Source: Eledone cirrhosa
Taxonomy: Eukaryota
Length of the DNA stretch: 64,000 nucleotides
Direction of reading: 5' to 3'
Assembly: GCA_964016885.1 (NCBI GenBank)
Contig: OZ024743.1
Span: forward strand, 52,824,001 to 52,888,000
Below are positions 44,115 through 58,236 of this stretch, piece after piece. Under the pieces are notes generated by a model. It searched no databases and was not told where the DNA came from. It saw only the letters and a list, made by a program, of their open reading frames with translations. The position numbers and the translations under genes were made by a program. Position 1 is the stretch's first letter. Every line of letters starts with the position of its first letter.

Positions 44115-44119
44115 TTGAT

Positions 44120-45956
44120 CTATTTTGGTGTTGAAAGTGAAGAAAGAAAAGCACTTACCTCTCCGGGTTGCGTAATTTCCATGGCATCAGGTGTGTTGGG
44201 TGGAGGGATGTTTTGTGGTGGTGTGGGGGTACACGTGTGTGGTGGGGTTGGGGTATTTGGAGTTGTGTCAGGGAGAGGGGCGGTTATGGGGAAATCTTTC
44301 AAGAGGACGCGATTCAACGGTTTTAAACAGGGGGGGGCTCACGTCCCGTCTAAATTGTTCTTTTAAGGAACGATAAAGGTCCAGAGGGACCTTTATCATT
44401 TTTAAATGGGTGAAGTTCTCTGTTGAGATAAAGTTTGGCCCTTCGGTCTGCACCATAGGGTTATTGTTTATTAATTTAACCAGTTTTTTGTTTTCTTTAT
44501 TTATATATGTGTATTGCAACGTCTTTTTTTGTGATGCTGTCAATGTTTCGGAGAGGGGAGGCGCAGATTTATTTTTGTTTGTTGAGGGTGGGGTGTTTTT
44601 GATTGGAGTTGGTGTTTGTGTGTGGGTTATTTGTGGTGTGCTGGGTGTGTGTTTTCTTTTTTTTCTTTTAACTTGTCTGAAGGCTTCTCCTCCTTCTTCT
44701 TCAGAAGTTGGGGGAAATTCTTCAGCGCTAGGTGGGAGGGACGTGTTGTGTGGTTGTTTCTTTTTTGCGGGAGGGGTAGATTTGTTACTGTTTTTTTTAT
44801 TATTTGTTTGGAATGGGTTTTGTGGTGGTGGTGGTGGTAATGTTTGTGTCGTGCTTGTGGTTGGTGATGGTGGTGGTGATGTTTGTGTTGTGGTTGGTGG
44901 TGGTGATTTTTGTGTCGTGCTTGTGTTTGGTGCTGGTGGTGGTGATGTTTGTGTTGTGTTTGTGGTTGGTGGTGTCTGTATTTTGTTTGCTGTGTGTGGT
45001 ATTAGTGTATTTTTGGAGGTGGGTGGTGCTGGTGTACTGTTTGTGGTGGGTGTGGGCAATAGTCCTTTTTGGGGGATACGTTTCGGGCAGTTAGCCTTAA
45101 CGTGTCCCCTTTCCATGCATAAATAGCATGCTGGTCTTCTCCCCTCTACAATTATGTCTATTGGGGTAAGGTCATCCAGCCAGATGCGATCCGGGATTTG
45201 TGCTATTCTTTCGGGCCTCATTTGCACTAGTATGTCGAGGCCCATTCCCAGGAACGCATCTCCAGTTGCCTTCCCCATTGACAGCATAGTGTCTTCGCCC
45301 ATATCAATGAAGCCAGCAATAGCCCACCAGAAGTCCATTGTGGGCAGCATTGTTTTTACTTTTACTCTCTGTGTTCTTCTACCCATGTAGGAGGGATAGA
45401 AGCTATATGTTGTCGACGAGAGTGGGCTTAGGGAAAGCTTCTCCGCCGTTTCTTTGTCTCTTGTTAGGACCGAAATGCTGCCATAGAGTCGGTCCTTTCG
45501 TATGAAGAGAATATTCTTCATATAGTCTTTTAGGACTAACTCTATTTCCATTTGGCTGGGCTGTGCTGGCTTTCTTGTCTGGTTCAGTATAGTTCTGTAT
45601 AGAACTGTGTTTTCTGCTCTGGCTTTCTTGAATTCTGGGGGGGAGTTAATGGAAAACATTCCGTTCTCCCCCAAAACAATGTGTTTCTTTGCTTCGGCCA
45701 GTTTTTCTCTGGCGGCAGTTAGGTCAATTGGTGTGTATGTAATGGATTGTTTTGTTTTCTGGGCGAAAGTTGCCCTGTCGTTATTTGTATTATTTTCTGT
45801 TTGTTTGTTTTCTGTTTGCTCATTTTCCTTAACATTTGTTTTTTCATTTTGTTTGTTTGTTTCAATGTCTAATTTTGTTGTAATTATTTTTTGTTCTTCA
45901 GACTTGGGGGGCGTGGCAGAGCTAATGGCAGACATGTCTGCCATCTTTTCCGCCAT
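44120..45956 (-). CDS. Tx1 ORF1, copy B; frameshift in the G8 run (~44330-44337) near the 3' end
   Basis: Homologous to copy A, which has G7 here; knuckle CYLCMERGHVKANC. Confidence 0.85.
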
Positions 45957-46631
45957 GCTGCCAAGAAAGAAATTTTTCGGCAAAAATAGATATTTATTTT
46001 ACCCCCTAAAAAGGGGGTAAATGCAAAAATGTTTCCCTAAATAACAGGGGTTAGTGTTCCAAATGTGTTGCACTAAAAAATTTATCCGGTACTTACAATA
46101 GTAAGGGTAAATCCCGATGGAATAGCGGAGCCGATGCGAAGCGTGTCTTACTCTATCAAGATAGATAGATAGATAGATAGATGGGTTAATGGGTGACAGA
46201 TAGAGTGGAACCATTATACAATTAACTAGAAAAAACTGAGGCTTTTTTATTTCATGAATTAGCTGCTTAAATGGATGGAAGATAAAAGTGGAAGTTTTGT
46301 ACCTCATGAACTGAAGCCAGAGAAATCACTTGGTCCACAGAAACTAGGGTAACTGTTGCTAACTTAGAATATCTAAGCTGGGATATATATCGTCAAACAT
46401 TGCAATTAGTTTTAATGCACGAGTATACATTCAACAAGAGATTTGCTTTCATCATTTCAACTTTGCTCGGTTTAAGAAACAATAGCTAAAATAAGGAACA
46501 GTGAAAATGTTAAACAGTCAACCATAATTTGGTGTTAATGTCTTGTTAATGTTTCACTGGTGTCACTACAACATTGACGCCGGGTTTTATCGGGTTGGCT
46601 ATAATTGCCCTTAATGTATGCTCTGGGATTA

Positions 46632-47027
46632 TTGTATGTGTATGTCTATGTATGTGTAGTGATGTGTGTCAGTGTGTCTATGTATGTGTATGTGTAGTGT
46701 TGTGTGTCAGTCTGTGTATGTCTATGTATGTGTAGTTTTGTGTGTCAGTGTGTCTATGTATGTGTATGTGTAGTGTTGTGTGTCAGTGTGTGTATGTCTA
46801 TGTATGTGTAGTGATGTGTGTCAGTGTGTGTATGTCTATGTATGTGTAGTGATGTGTGTCAGTGTGTGCATGTCTATGTATGTGTAGTTTTGTGTGTCAG
46901 TGTGCCTATGTATGTGTATGTGCAGTGTTGTGTGTCAGTGTGTCTATGTATGTGTACTTTTATATGTCAGTGTGTGTATGTATGTGTAATGTTGTGTGTC
47001 AGTGTCTATGTACGTGTAGTTTTGTGT

Positions 47028-47067
<40 letters not shown>

Positions 47068-47308
47068 TTGTGTGTCAGTGTGTGTATGTATGTGTACTTT
47101 TGTGTGTCAGTGTGTGTATGTATGTGTACTTTTGTGTGTCAGTGTGTGTACGTGTGTATGTGTACTTTTGTGTGTCAGTGTGTATGTGTGTATGTGTGTA
47201 CGTATGTACGTGTGTCAGTGTGTGAGTGTGTGTCAGTGTGTGTATGTGTGTACGTGTGCACGTGTGTACGTGTGTATGTGTGTCAGTGTGCGTATGTGTG
47301 TATGTGTG
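46632..47308. repeat. TG-rich degenerate minisatellite (TGTGTGTCAGTGTG core)
   Basis: Directly visible. Confidence 0.9.
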
Positions 47309-47479
47309 ATGGTATTTGTCTCATCGAACGCGTAATATACAAGTGCGTTTTTATTTATCTATGAACATGTCTATGCGTGTATGTGTATATATACACACAA
47401 GTACACCCACCCACATATACATACACACACACACATATATATGCATACTTATACACACCAAAAAAAATATATATATGTG

Positions 47480-47527
<48 letters not shown>

Positions 47528-47601
47528 CACACATATATATACACACACACACGCACACACACACATATACATACACACACGCATGCACACACACACATAT
47601 A

Positions 47602-48506
47602 TGAGGTGTGTCAGAAAAGTTCCAGGACTGATGTCACAAAGGATTTATTTCAAACCCAAACTTCACACTAAGAGTTTTCTCCTTCAAAGTAATCCCCCTG
47701 GAGTCTAATGCAGTTTTCCATCCTTTTCTGCCACGCTTGCATGCACTCCTGGAAGGATTCTTCCGGGATCCTCCGCAGTTCCGTCGCCACGGCCTTTTTG
47801 ATGTCGTCCACGTCTTCAAAACGGGTCCCCTCCGAGTCATACTCGAAGATCCATGACTCATCACCGGTGATGACTGTCCCTAGCAAGTCTGGTTCGGTTT
47901 CAAGACGCTCGAGGATGTCCTGGCACACTTGCATGCATCGAACCTTCTGGTCATCGTTCAGCAGTTTTGGCACCATCTTCGCGCAGACTTTCCGCATGTC
48001 CAAATCTTCAGTGAGAATCTTCCAGACGCTGTCCCGATTCATGCCCAGCTCATTTGCCATCAGTTGAACAGTCAGCCGACGATCGCTACGCACCATCTGC
48101 CTGACGCGCTCAACGTGGATCTCAGTCCTGGTTGTTGAGGGCCTTCCGCTCCTGGGGTCATCTTCCACGTCCTCGCGTCCTTCTTTAAACCTTTTGCACC
48201 ACTCAAAAACACGTGAACGTGTCTCCATACACTTGCTGCAGCAATCCCAGTGCTTCTGACGGAATTTTACCCAACTGTACCAGACACTTCAAGTTTGTTC
48301 GTTGCTCTGTGGTCATTGCTTGACGACCTAAAACAGAGGACATGTATATAAAATTATGAAGAAAAAGGTTTGATCGCTGCAGAGAGCTAATATTACAGTT
48401 ACATACTCCAGGGGATTACTTTGAAGGAGAAAACTCTTAGTGTGAAGTTTGAGTTTGAAATAAATCTTTTGTGACGTCAGTCCTGGAACTTTTCTGACAC
48501 ACCTCG
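47602..48506 (-). mobile_element. Internally deleted mariner transposon with ~103-bp TIRs and TA target duplication
   Basis: TIRs 47602-47704 / 48405-48506. The transposase starts at ATG 48316 (MTTEQRTNLK) and includes VFEWCKRFKEGREDVEDDPRSGRP, KMVPKLL and TGDESW, then jumps to GTRF..WQKRMENCI..GDYFE; HDNA and YSPDLAPxD are missing. Confidence 0.93.
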
Positions 48507-48905
48507 TATATATATATATATATGCATATATAGTAACTGAAGCACACAGACGTGTCTATTCACACGAACTGACATTAACAAATGGTTCATTTACCTAAAA
48601 TACTCAGAATATCATTAGTTTCACACGCATCCGTTGAACAAACAAACTGACGTTATCAGGATTCAACGGGACGCTTCCTTCTCTTGACGGTTGCCATCGA
48701 GACCGCCGCTGTCGACGTTTCTCCTGACTGACGTTTTCCTCTGCAAAATCTGGAGGAAGGACCTCCATCAGTTGGGTTGGCTGATGCAACAAATGTCACT
48801 GGCTATTCACTCTACACCAACGTTGTTCCACCCTTTTACCCCTGTGAAACCCTTGAAATAGTTTCATGTCTCAGGAAATTCCTACATAGAAATTATTATA
48901 TACCT

Positions 48906-49230
48906 TTGGCAGTATCGGTAGAGGGTCGGACGCCTTGCTTTCTAGCATAGAGTTACGGCCCTTGCCATTCTCAGTTCAAATCTGCGTTTTCGAAGTTAAC
49001 TTCGCCTTTCATCCTTACGGGGTAAATAAAGTACCAGTAATGTACTGGGATGATTGCTGGCCTTGTGCCAAAAGTAGAAACAATTATTAATATATATCTT
49101 CGCGGTTAACTTTGCCTTTCATCCTTATGGGGTCGATAAAATAAAGTACCAGTAACGTATGGGGTCGATTTAATCGACTTTCTCCTTCCCCAAAATTACT
49201 GGTCTTGTGCCTATAGTAGAAATCATTATA
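48906..49230 (+). mobile_element. SINE family 1 copy followed by a partial variant copy
   Basis: Head, core and tail, then a second core. Confidence 0.8.
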
Positions 49231-49877
49231 AATATCTATCTTAATATGTGTGTGTGTGTGTGACAGCTCACACCTATGCAGGTTTAGCTGGCCTCCTCCA
49301 AGGTATATCTCGTTGGAGGTGTCTTGGGTGATTTAATGATAGGGACCTCAGTCCTATCATCTCATTTCTACAGCTGAGTAAACTGGGGCAATGTGAAGTA
49401 AAGAGTCTTGCTCAAGGAAACAACACATCACCCGGTCCGAGAATTGAACTCACAACCTTTCGATTGCAAGGCCAATGCTCTAACCACTGAGCCATGTGCC
49501 TTCACTATCTATCTTAATATAAGAGGTTGAAGCTTTTATTATAACAACCAAAGAATTTCCAATATGTCGTACGTGTAAAGTAGAATTACGAATATAACAT
49601 TAAACAGAAATTACTAAAAATACATTAACTTATTTATTGCCGTTTTTCGCAGAACCCCTAGCGACCTCTTGCGGGATCTTAAAGTTCTGATGAACACCAG
49701 TTGCGAAAAGAAGCTATACACCAATGATTTCGCCATCCTGTCCGCGGAGTGCAGGTGAGATACCCAGCCAAAGGCTTCACGGTCCTATATTGACCAATAT
49801 CTCCAGAATGTAAGAGAGATCAAAATTGTGACCTACTCTTCAGGCACATGTATGAACATAAATAAACTATATGTATG

Positions 49878-49978
<101 letters not shown>

Positions 49979-50174
49979 CGTTAAGGGTGAAAGCACCGAT
50001 TCTTTGCTAAAATTTTAATCTGTTATTTTAATAAATATTTGCTCTAGGGTTCTTATATATTTGATATATGTTTATCCTTATCGAGCCCTCTTTGGATTTT
50101 AGTCTTCATATTTATTATATATATATATATATAGAGAGAGAAAGAGTCTCTGTGTGTGTGTGTATATCTATCTA

Positions 50175-50215
<41 letters not shown>

Positions 50216-50219
50216 TTAT

Positions 50220-50269
<50 letters not shown>

Positions 50270-50814
50270 ACACACATATATATATATATATAGCGAAGGA
50301 AATGTGGTAAGGAACCAGGTGGACCATAACGCACCAAAGTACTCAATACTTAGGGTAGTAGAGTGGGTAATATTAGTACAGAATTAGCCGTCGAAACGGC
50401 TTGAGCTCAGCCGTCGGGGTCTTACTTACTCCTATATATATATATATATATAGTTGAATAAATGGACAGAGAACAAAAAACAGAGAGGCAGTACAAATGA
50501 TATGGTTTTTAGTTTCACGCTTGAGAACATCCATATTGAACTACTCTTCTCTACACTAATTGCCCGCGACCTTCTTTTCAATGTCTTCCCTCTCTTTGTT
50601 TTTACCTCTAACATGTCATCTTTCCTGTTTGTTCAGGCGTTCCTCTTTTGATATTTTTTCTCTTTCTCCATTGTGATCATGTCTCTATTTGTACTCCCGA
50701 AGAAGGGCTTAAGACCGACACGTCCAACTTTCTTTCCTCTTTCCAATAAAAAGCCTGAAACTAATAACACTTTTTCTACCTCTGTTTATTGTCTCCTTCA
50801 ACTCTCTCTCTCTC

Positions 50815-50875
<61 letters not shown>

Positions 50876-50924
50876 ATATATATATATATATATAAAGAGA
50901 GAGAGAGAGTCAGAGAGAGAGAGA

Positions 50925-50990
<66 letters not shown>

Positions 50991-51341
50991 GATATTGGAA
51001 ATAGCACGGAAAATATATTTTTCTTTTTTTTTCCATTCTTTGATTCGTCAAAGTGACATTATTGAAAAAATGAGAGGAACAATTCTTTAAAAAAAAAGAG
51101 TTTTATAAAGTATATAAAGTATATAAAGTATATAAAGTATATAAAGTATATAAAGTATTACCGGTTTCGATGTATTACTAAAATTCAACTTATCAAATGT
51201 TGAGTATTACAATTGAAAAGAATTAATAAGGATTAAAAACTAAAAATTAAAGATTTAAAAGTGTTGAGACAAGTTTTTTTTCATCTTCCTTGTTGAGAAG
51301 GATACTGGAAAAATGAACTCTTATGTGGGGAGAGAAAGATG

Positions 51342-51398
<57 letters not shown>

Positions 51399-51449
51399 TA
51401 CACACACACAAACGAGCGCGCGCGCGCACACAAACACACACACACACAT

Positions 51450-51482
<33 letters not shown>

Positions 51483-51505
51483 CACGCACACACGCACACA
51501 CAAAC

Positions 51506-51538
<33 letters not shown>

Positions 51539-51547
51539 AACACACAA

Positions 51548-51589
<42 letters not shown>

Positions 51590-51745
51590 ACACACACACA
51601 CATACATATATATAATATAAAAGCGTAATAAATCTTTTTGAAATTTTATTAAAAGACACATTTATCCAGCGGAACTCCCTAAATTTAATTCCAAGATCCC
51701 TAGGAGATCTTTTAGCAAACATTACGCTAAAGTTTCATAATAGTT

Positions 51746-51819
<74 letters not shown>

Positions 51820-51878
51820 CATATTTATACATGTAAACACACACATACATACACACAGACAGAGATATATATATGCAT

Positions 51879-51931
<53 letters not shown>

Positions 51932-51991
51932 TATCTTATATATGTATATATATCCTATGCAAGCATGGAAAATGGACGTTAAACGGTATCA

Positions 51992-52064
<73 letters not shown>

Positions 52065-52113
52065 CTTGAATGTTTGGTTGGTAGAGTCCATAACACCAAT
52101 CAAACCCCTTTTA

Positions 52114-52162
52114 TAGCTCTGACGAATCCTACGGTTACGTAAGGAAGAAACATTGTAAGCCA
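52114..52162 (+). ncRNA. Type I hammerhead ribozyme (same family as 28353)
   Basis: GCT-CTGACGA-aTCCTACG gtta CGTAaGGAa-GAAA-CATTG-TA-AGC; differs from the 28.3-kb copy only at the variable N7 position. Confidence 0.85.
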
Positions 52163-52199
52163 ATCTTTTGATGTTGTAGACGCTCTTGTGTTCTTTATC

Positions 52200-52230
<31 letters not shown>

Positions 52231-52275
52231 AATGTTTATTGTTCAACATTCACAATGCTACTTACTCACGAGGGA

Positions 52276-53032
52276 CACACTGTCACACTGTCACACTGTT
52301 ACACTGTTACACTGTTACACTGTCATACTGTCATACTGTCACACTGTCACACTGTCACAGTGCCACACTGCCACACAGTCACACTGTCACACTGACACAC
52401 GGCCGCACTGTCACACTGCCACACTGTCACACTGTCACACTGTCACACTGACACACTGTCACACTGCCACACTGTCACAATGTCACACTGCCACACTATC
52501 ACACTATCACCCTTCCACACTGCCACACTCTCACACTGCTACGCTTCCACACTGTCACACTGTCACACTGCCACACTGTGACACTGCCACGCTGTCACAC
52601 TGTGCCACTACCATACTGCCACACTGTCACACTGTAACACTGCCACACTGTCACACTGTCACACTGCCACAATGTCACACTGTCACACTGCCACACTGTC
52701 ACACTGTCACACTGTCACACTGTCACACTGTCACACTGCGACACTGTCACATTGTCACACTGCCACACTGTCACACTGTCACACTACCACACTGTCACAC
52801 TGTCACACTTCCACACTGTCACACTGCCACACTGTCACACTGTCACACTGCGACATTGTCACACTGCCACACTGTCACACTGTCATACTGTCACACTGCC
52901 ACACTGCCACACTGTCACACTGTCACACTGCGACACTGCGACACTGCCACACTGTCACACTGCGACACTGTCACACTGCCACACTGCCACATTGTCATAC
53001 TGTCACACTGCCACACTACCACACTGTCACAC
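52276..53032. repeat. 8-bp satellite (ACACTGTC/ACACTGCC)n directly after the gene's stop codon
   Basis: Directly visible; the HCHT-repeat ORFs are artefacts. Confidence 0.95.
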
Positions 53033-53037
53033 AGTTT

Positions 53038-53285
53038 CTAATCTTTACATCCTAGAAAGTTCTTGCTTATAGATCCATGTTGAAAATATTGGTTTTTTGA
53101 CGACCTTAGCGCTGTTGTGAAGAAGTTGTTTCCATGAATTATGTATAGCTGGACTCTATCAACAAACATGGAATCGATGTCTCGAAGGCTGCTTAAAAAC
53201 CCACTTGGTTTTGCATTCGGAATTAGAGAACAGCCCTGTCTTCGTAACCATTTTGAACATCTCACAGCTTGGACGGCATTAGTTC
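53038..53285 (-). CDS. Terminal exon of the mucin-hemopexin gene (blade 4 and C-terminal Cys)
   Basis: Acceptor CTACTTCTCCAG, phase 1; TNAVQAVRC..LRDIDSMFVDRVQLYIIHGNNFF..SISKNFLGCKD*. Confidence 0.85.
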
Positions 53286-54397
53286 CTGGAGAAGTAGATA
53301 GATAGATATATAAATAAATATACACACACATATATATACATACACACACACACACGCGCGCGCACACACACACATCTATATATATATATTATTTAATTAC
53401 ATAATAAACAACACAAAATAATTATTGGGCTGGACATTTCTGTAAGAATCGTCTAGTCTCTTGAAACCTTTGGTAATGGAATAATTATATTGTCTTGTTT
53501 ATTATGTAATTAAATAGCTCTGTATTGTACATAGAGCACTCTTCTTTCCTTTACCTTTTCTACAGAAATACTTAACACATTAACCCCCCCCCCCACACAC
53601 ACACACACGCACGCACGCGCACACACACACGCACGCACGCGCACACACACACACACATATAAATATATATATATATATAGGATAACAAAATATCGTTATA
53701 GGTAATCCAGTTAGAGGTTGTGAATACTTCTTATTATGGATAGTTTTAGCGTACGGCGTTGTTTGACTCAACAAGACGTTTACGTAGAGGAGGAGTTTAT
53801 GATTTCACTTGTATTCCTATGTAAGTTTATCTTGGAGTAATAGAATTGAAAAAGTGGAGAATAACATGGTCAACAGTACAAAAAAAGGGGTCTAACAATT
53901 GTCTAACAATTGTTTCACTGATAAAGATGTCTAAAAATTGCTGAACACTAGAAGCAGTGCCACTCAATTTTAAATACGATGTTAGCTCTATCAGATCTTC
54001 AGAAACTGTTGATTGAAAATATATGTAACCGGCAAATTTACAAATTCAAATTACATCATCAATAATAATATTAATAATAAAGATATAGAGAGAAAAAAGA
54101 AGAGGAGATAGATACAGTAAAGAAAGAAAGGAAAAGAAAAAGAAAAAAGAAGGAAAAAGAAAAAGAGAAAGAGAAAAAATAAGAAAAAGGAGAAATTATT
54201 ACAGAGAAAAAAAATATATATAAAGAGATTTTTAATTATTTTTAATTATGCTTGTCTCTCCTCTATCTCTGATCATTCTCTATATATTTTCTTCTCTTTA
54301 TATATATATTTTTAATCAGTGCTAATTGATTATAATTTATATTATATATACATGTCAATGAAGTTTACATGATGTAACATATTGTTGCTACATGAGT

Positions 54398-54712
54398 TAC
54401 AGGTGTATATACCTGTGTATATACAGGTATATCCACCTGTATATATACCTGTGTATACACACGTATATATACCTGTATATATCAGGTATATACACAGGTA
54501 TGTACACCTGTATATACACGTGTATATACCTGTGTATATACAGGTATATATACCTGTGTAAACACAGGTATATATACCTGTATATACAGGTATATATACC
54601 TGTATATACACAGGTATATATACCTATAAATACAGGTGTATATACCTGTATACACAGGTGTATACACCTGTATATACCTGTGTATATACAGGTGTATATA
54701 CCTGTATATATA
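54398..54712. repeat. Intronic minisatellite built from TATACAGG / CCTGTATA self-complementary units
   Basis: Directly visible. Confidence 0.85.
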
Positions 54713-55116
54713 GTGTACGTCTACTTTATGTAAAATAACAAAATAAAGGAACAAGATTGATTTATATTGAAACAATTTTATATGAATGGGTCCCTTTTTG
54801 TAGACTTCTTCAAAATCGTAGTCTCACACCAACTGGGTCACCTGACCCCGTCTCTGACCTTGCATTAGTGCGCGTGTGTGTAGGACACTTCCCGTCCTTC
54901 TAAAAAGAATACGTTTTATGAAGACACAACCTAAGTCTCAGCGGTCCTGAAAAGGGTCAAAGGCATTGTATTTATATTCCTCCCACCAGTCTCAGTGGCC
55001 CTAAAAAGTTATCATTAGCACTATCTTACTCTCCTTCCATGGCCACTGCCATTCCCACTATGACTAAACAGTAAATGTAAAACCGACACAGTTAACCTCC
55101 CTATCTTATTATTTGA

Positions 55117-56564
55117 ATTGGCAGTATCGGTAGCGGGTTGGACATGCTTTCCAGCATAGTTACGTCCCTTTACGATTTGAGTTCAAATCCCGCCGAGGTT
55201 AGCTTTGTCTTTCATCCTTACGGTGTCGATAAAATAAAGTACCAGTAATGCACTGGGTAATTGCTGGCCTTGTTCCAAAAGTAGAAACAATTATTACTGA
55301 TTTTATTGATTTAAACCAAAGATTCCCCCCTCCCCCAACTTTTTATACCATCGATCCCTTCGAGAAATCTTTGACCCTTTTATCGATCCCAGACATGTAC
55401 AAAATAAATCAGTAAGCTTTTTTTAATGGGATAGAATTTATTCAATCTACAAAATCTGAGAATGTCATGAAAGGCCATTGACATAAATAATTGAGCAATA
55501 TCTTATAACAACAAAACACTACTAAAGGGAACAGAAAAGGAAGAAAAAAAAAGAAAGAAGGATGAAGCGGTGAAAGAAAGAGGGGGGGGGGGGGGTAGTC
55601 ACTACACTCCAGTCTGAGTGGTGCCTCATATGAAATAAAGTATCAATAAAGACTAATTATATATAAAACAGAAACCTGTTTAAGTTGTATTGTATTTTAT
55701 TGTATTTGGTTAGTAAAGTGGTTAGAGTATGGAACAAATGCTTAGAAGGATTTATTCCGACTTATACTGAGTTCAAATCCCGCCGAAGTCAACTTTACTT
55801 TTCAGCCTTCTGAGATCGATAAACTAAAGTACACATCGAATTACCGGGTCGATTTAATAGATTTTCTTCCCCTCCTCACCCCGCAAAAAGATTCAGGCCT
55901 TGAGCCAAAACTGGGTATTATTGTCGATTGGCTGTATCGGTAGAGGGTCGGACGCTATGCTTTGCAGCAAAGATTTACCGCCCTCTATGGTGTGAGTTCA
56001 AATCCCGCCAAAGTTAACTTTGCCTTTCATCCTTACGGGGTCGATAAAATAAAGTACCAGTAATACACTGGGATGATTGCTGGCCTGTGCCATAAGTAGA
56101 AACAATTATTTTATGTACTTTCATTTCTTATACAAATGGTTTTGGCGCTCTCTGATTTGATCTTTCATAAGATTCGATCTCAGTTCAATCAAATATCAAC
56201 GTTCTCGACAACAGCGCTACTAAACTAACCGTTATGGGCCTATAACTCATGAGGTTGTCGTAGGGGTGCCATATTGACCTATGGAGTTTCTAGGGTACTT
56301 TTAAACCTTGCGGAGCCCATCCCCTCTCCAGATCTGAATTTACCAGATTTCTTCCAGAGAAGACTAAAGAGTGGGAGAAAGGAAGTGAGAAAGAGATGTA
56401 GAAAAAGAATCGACTCCAGTACTAGACTGGTACATTTTCATCGACCTCAAATGGATGAAAGGCAAAGTTCACCATAGTGGGATTTGAACTCAGAGAGCAG
56501 AGAGTCGGAACGAATACTGCAAACATTCTAACCGACGTTCTAACAACTCTACCAATTTACCGCC
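55117..56564. mobile_element. Intronic SINE family 1 cluster (55117-55295 +, ~55715-55920 +, 55927-56109 +, 56408-56564 -)
   Basis: Recurrent B box and core. Confidence 0.8.
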
Positions 56565-56613
56565 TAAACTAACCGTTATAATGCCTTACAAAAATATCAA
56601 AATCAGATGTTAC

Positions 56614-56770
56614 CGTTGAATAAGTAAAGAGTTCGCCTCCTGGTGTGAACGTAAGCAGCAGTTACCTGCCCTTGTATGGCGAATCCGAATTCTTCCGTTA
56701 TATTCTTAGGGTAGTTTCGATCGATACAGAACCTACCACGACATTTCCGGTACCTCCAAATATGGTCACC
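56614..56770 (-). CDS. Internal hemopexin-repeat exon (not in the ORF track)
   Basis: Acceptor TTTCTTTTAG, donor GTAAC; GDHIWRYRKCRGRFCIDRNYPKNITEEFGFAIQGQVTAAYVHTRRRTLYLFNG; phase 0 in, phase 1 out. Confidence 0.9.
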
Positions 56771-57522
56771 CTAAAAGAAATAAAAAGAATACATTTTTGC
56801 TACATAAAATGACGTAATATAACTGCGATGTTTCTTGGTACTGTTGTTGTTTAGTCCAATGTCAGCCGAGGTCCAGGAGACCAACAATCTATTGTTAGGA
56901 ATAAATATTTCTTACGAATAAAAAAGAAAATTTTGTACATGGCTGAATTCAATAAATGTAATCCTAGTTTTTCGAATAACATTCGATTCATTTGCAATTA
57001 TGCAAACAAGCCTCAATTTTATAGCCATGTCAGTAGAATGAACCCTTCATTCTTGCTCTTGTGTTGGCATGTGCGTATTTTGCATAATATGTAAATTAGA
57101 ATGGCTATTTTAGTTTAGTTCAAGTTTGTATTTAACATAAATATGTGACTACTGTAAATTCTCTTGGAAGGCGGAAGCATAAAATTACTTGTTTTCTGAA
57201 TAACGATATAAATATACGATTCCCAACCCGGGAGCACATTATGTCCTCAAGACACTATATTTGACGTTGATTCAGTCTACTCACCTGGCAAAAATGAGTT
57301 ATACCTGTAATTCAAGGGATCAGCCTTGTCACACATTGTATCACGCCGAATGTCTGTGAAATGCTCAGCCACTTACGTGTTAATTTCAGGAAGAGACACT
57401 TCAATTGATGAAATCAGCTGGAGCACTCATCATCGAAAACGACGGAGGTCCAACATTAATATTTATAGAATACACATCAATGCATACGCCAATGAGGATG
57501 TAAGTTGTAGAGAAATGTTTAC

Positions 57523-57683
57523 CTGAAACAAATATGTCCTGAACCATTTCTGTTTCCTGCCAAACTCCAAAGACACCGCTGCCGTGATGTTTTCTGGACT
57601 TCTTGGAAACATTCCAGATACCAGTGAACTATTTCTCTGTTTGGTTGGTAAGTAACACAGGGAGAACCAATGGACTAAGTCTC
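57523..57683 (-). CDS. Internal hemopexin-repeat exon
   Basis: Acceptor TTTTCTATCCAG, donor GTAAAC; DLVHWFSL..SLVSGMFPRSPENITAAVSL..RTYLFQ; phase 1 in, phase 0 out. Confidence 0.87.
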
Positions 57684-57713
57684 CTGGATAGAAAACAGTC
57701 AAGACATGTGTGA

Positions 57714-58206
<493 letters not shown>

Positions 58207-58236
58207 AACAAATAAATAACTGAGTACGGAACTCAC

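Larger units (their letters stand above)
40449..46157 (-). mobile_element. Full-length Tx1-clade LINE, copy B, head-to-tail with copy A
   Basis: Same 5' end (TTGATAGAGTAAG) and 3' end (AATAAATAGAAATT); about three GATA units at the junction; (GATA)n at 46158-46182. Confidence 0.93.

Noticed and set aside
48540-48800. Unique, moderately GC-rich segment as a candidate exon (likewise 4480-4710)
   Set aside because: No recognisable protein motif or convincing splice-bounded open frame.
52232-53072. His/Cys/Thr-rich 269-aa ORF resembling a metal-binding protein
   Set aside because: Translation of an 8-bp satellite, antisense to the gene's 3' UTR.
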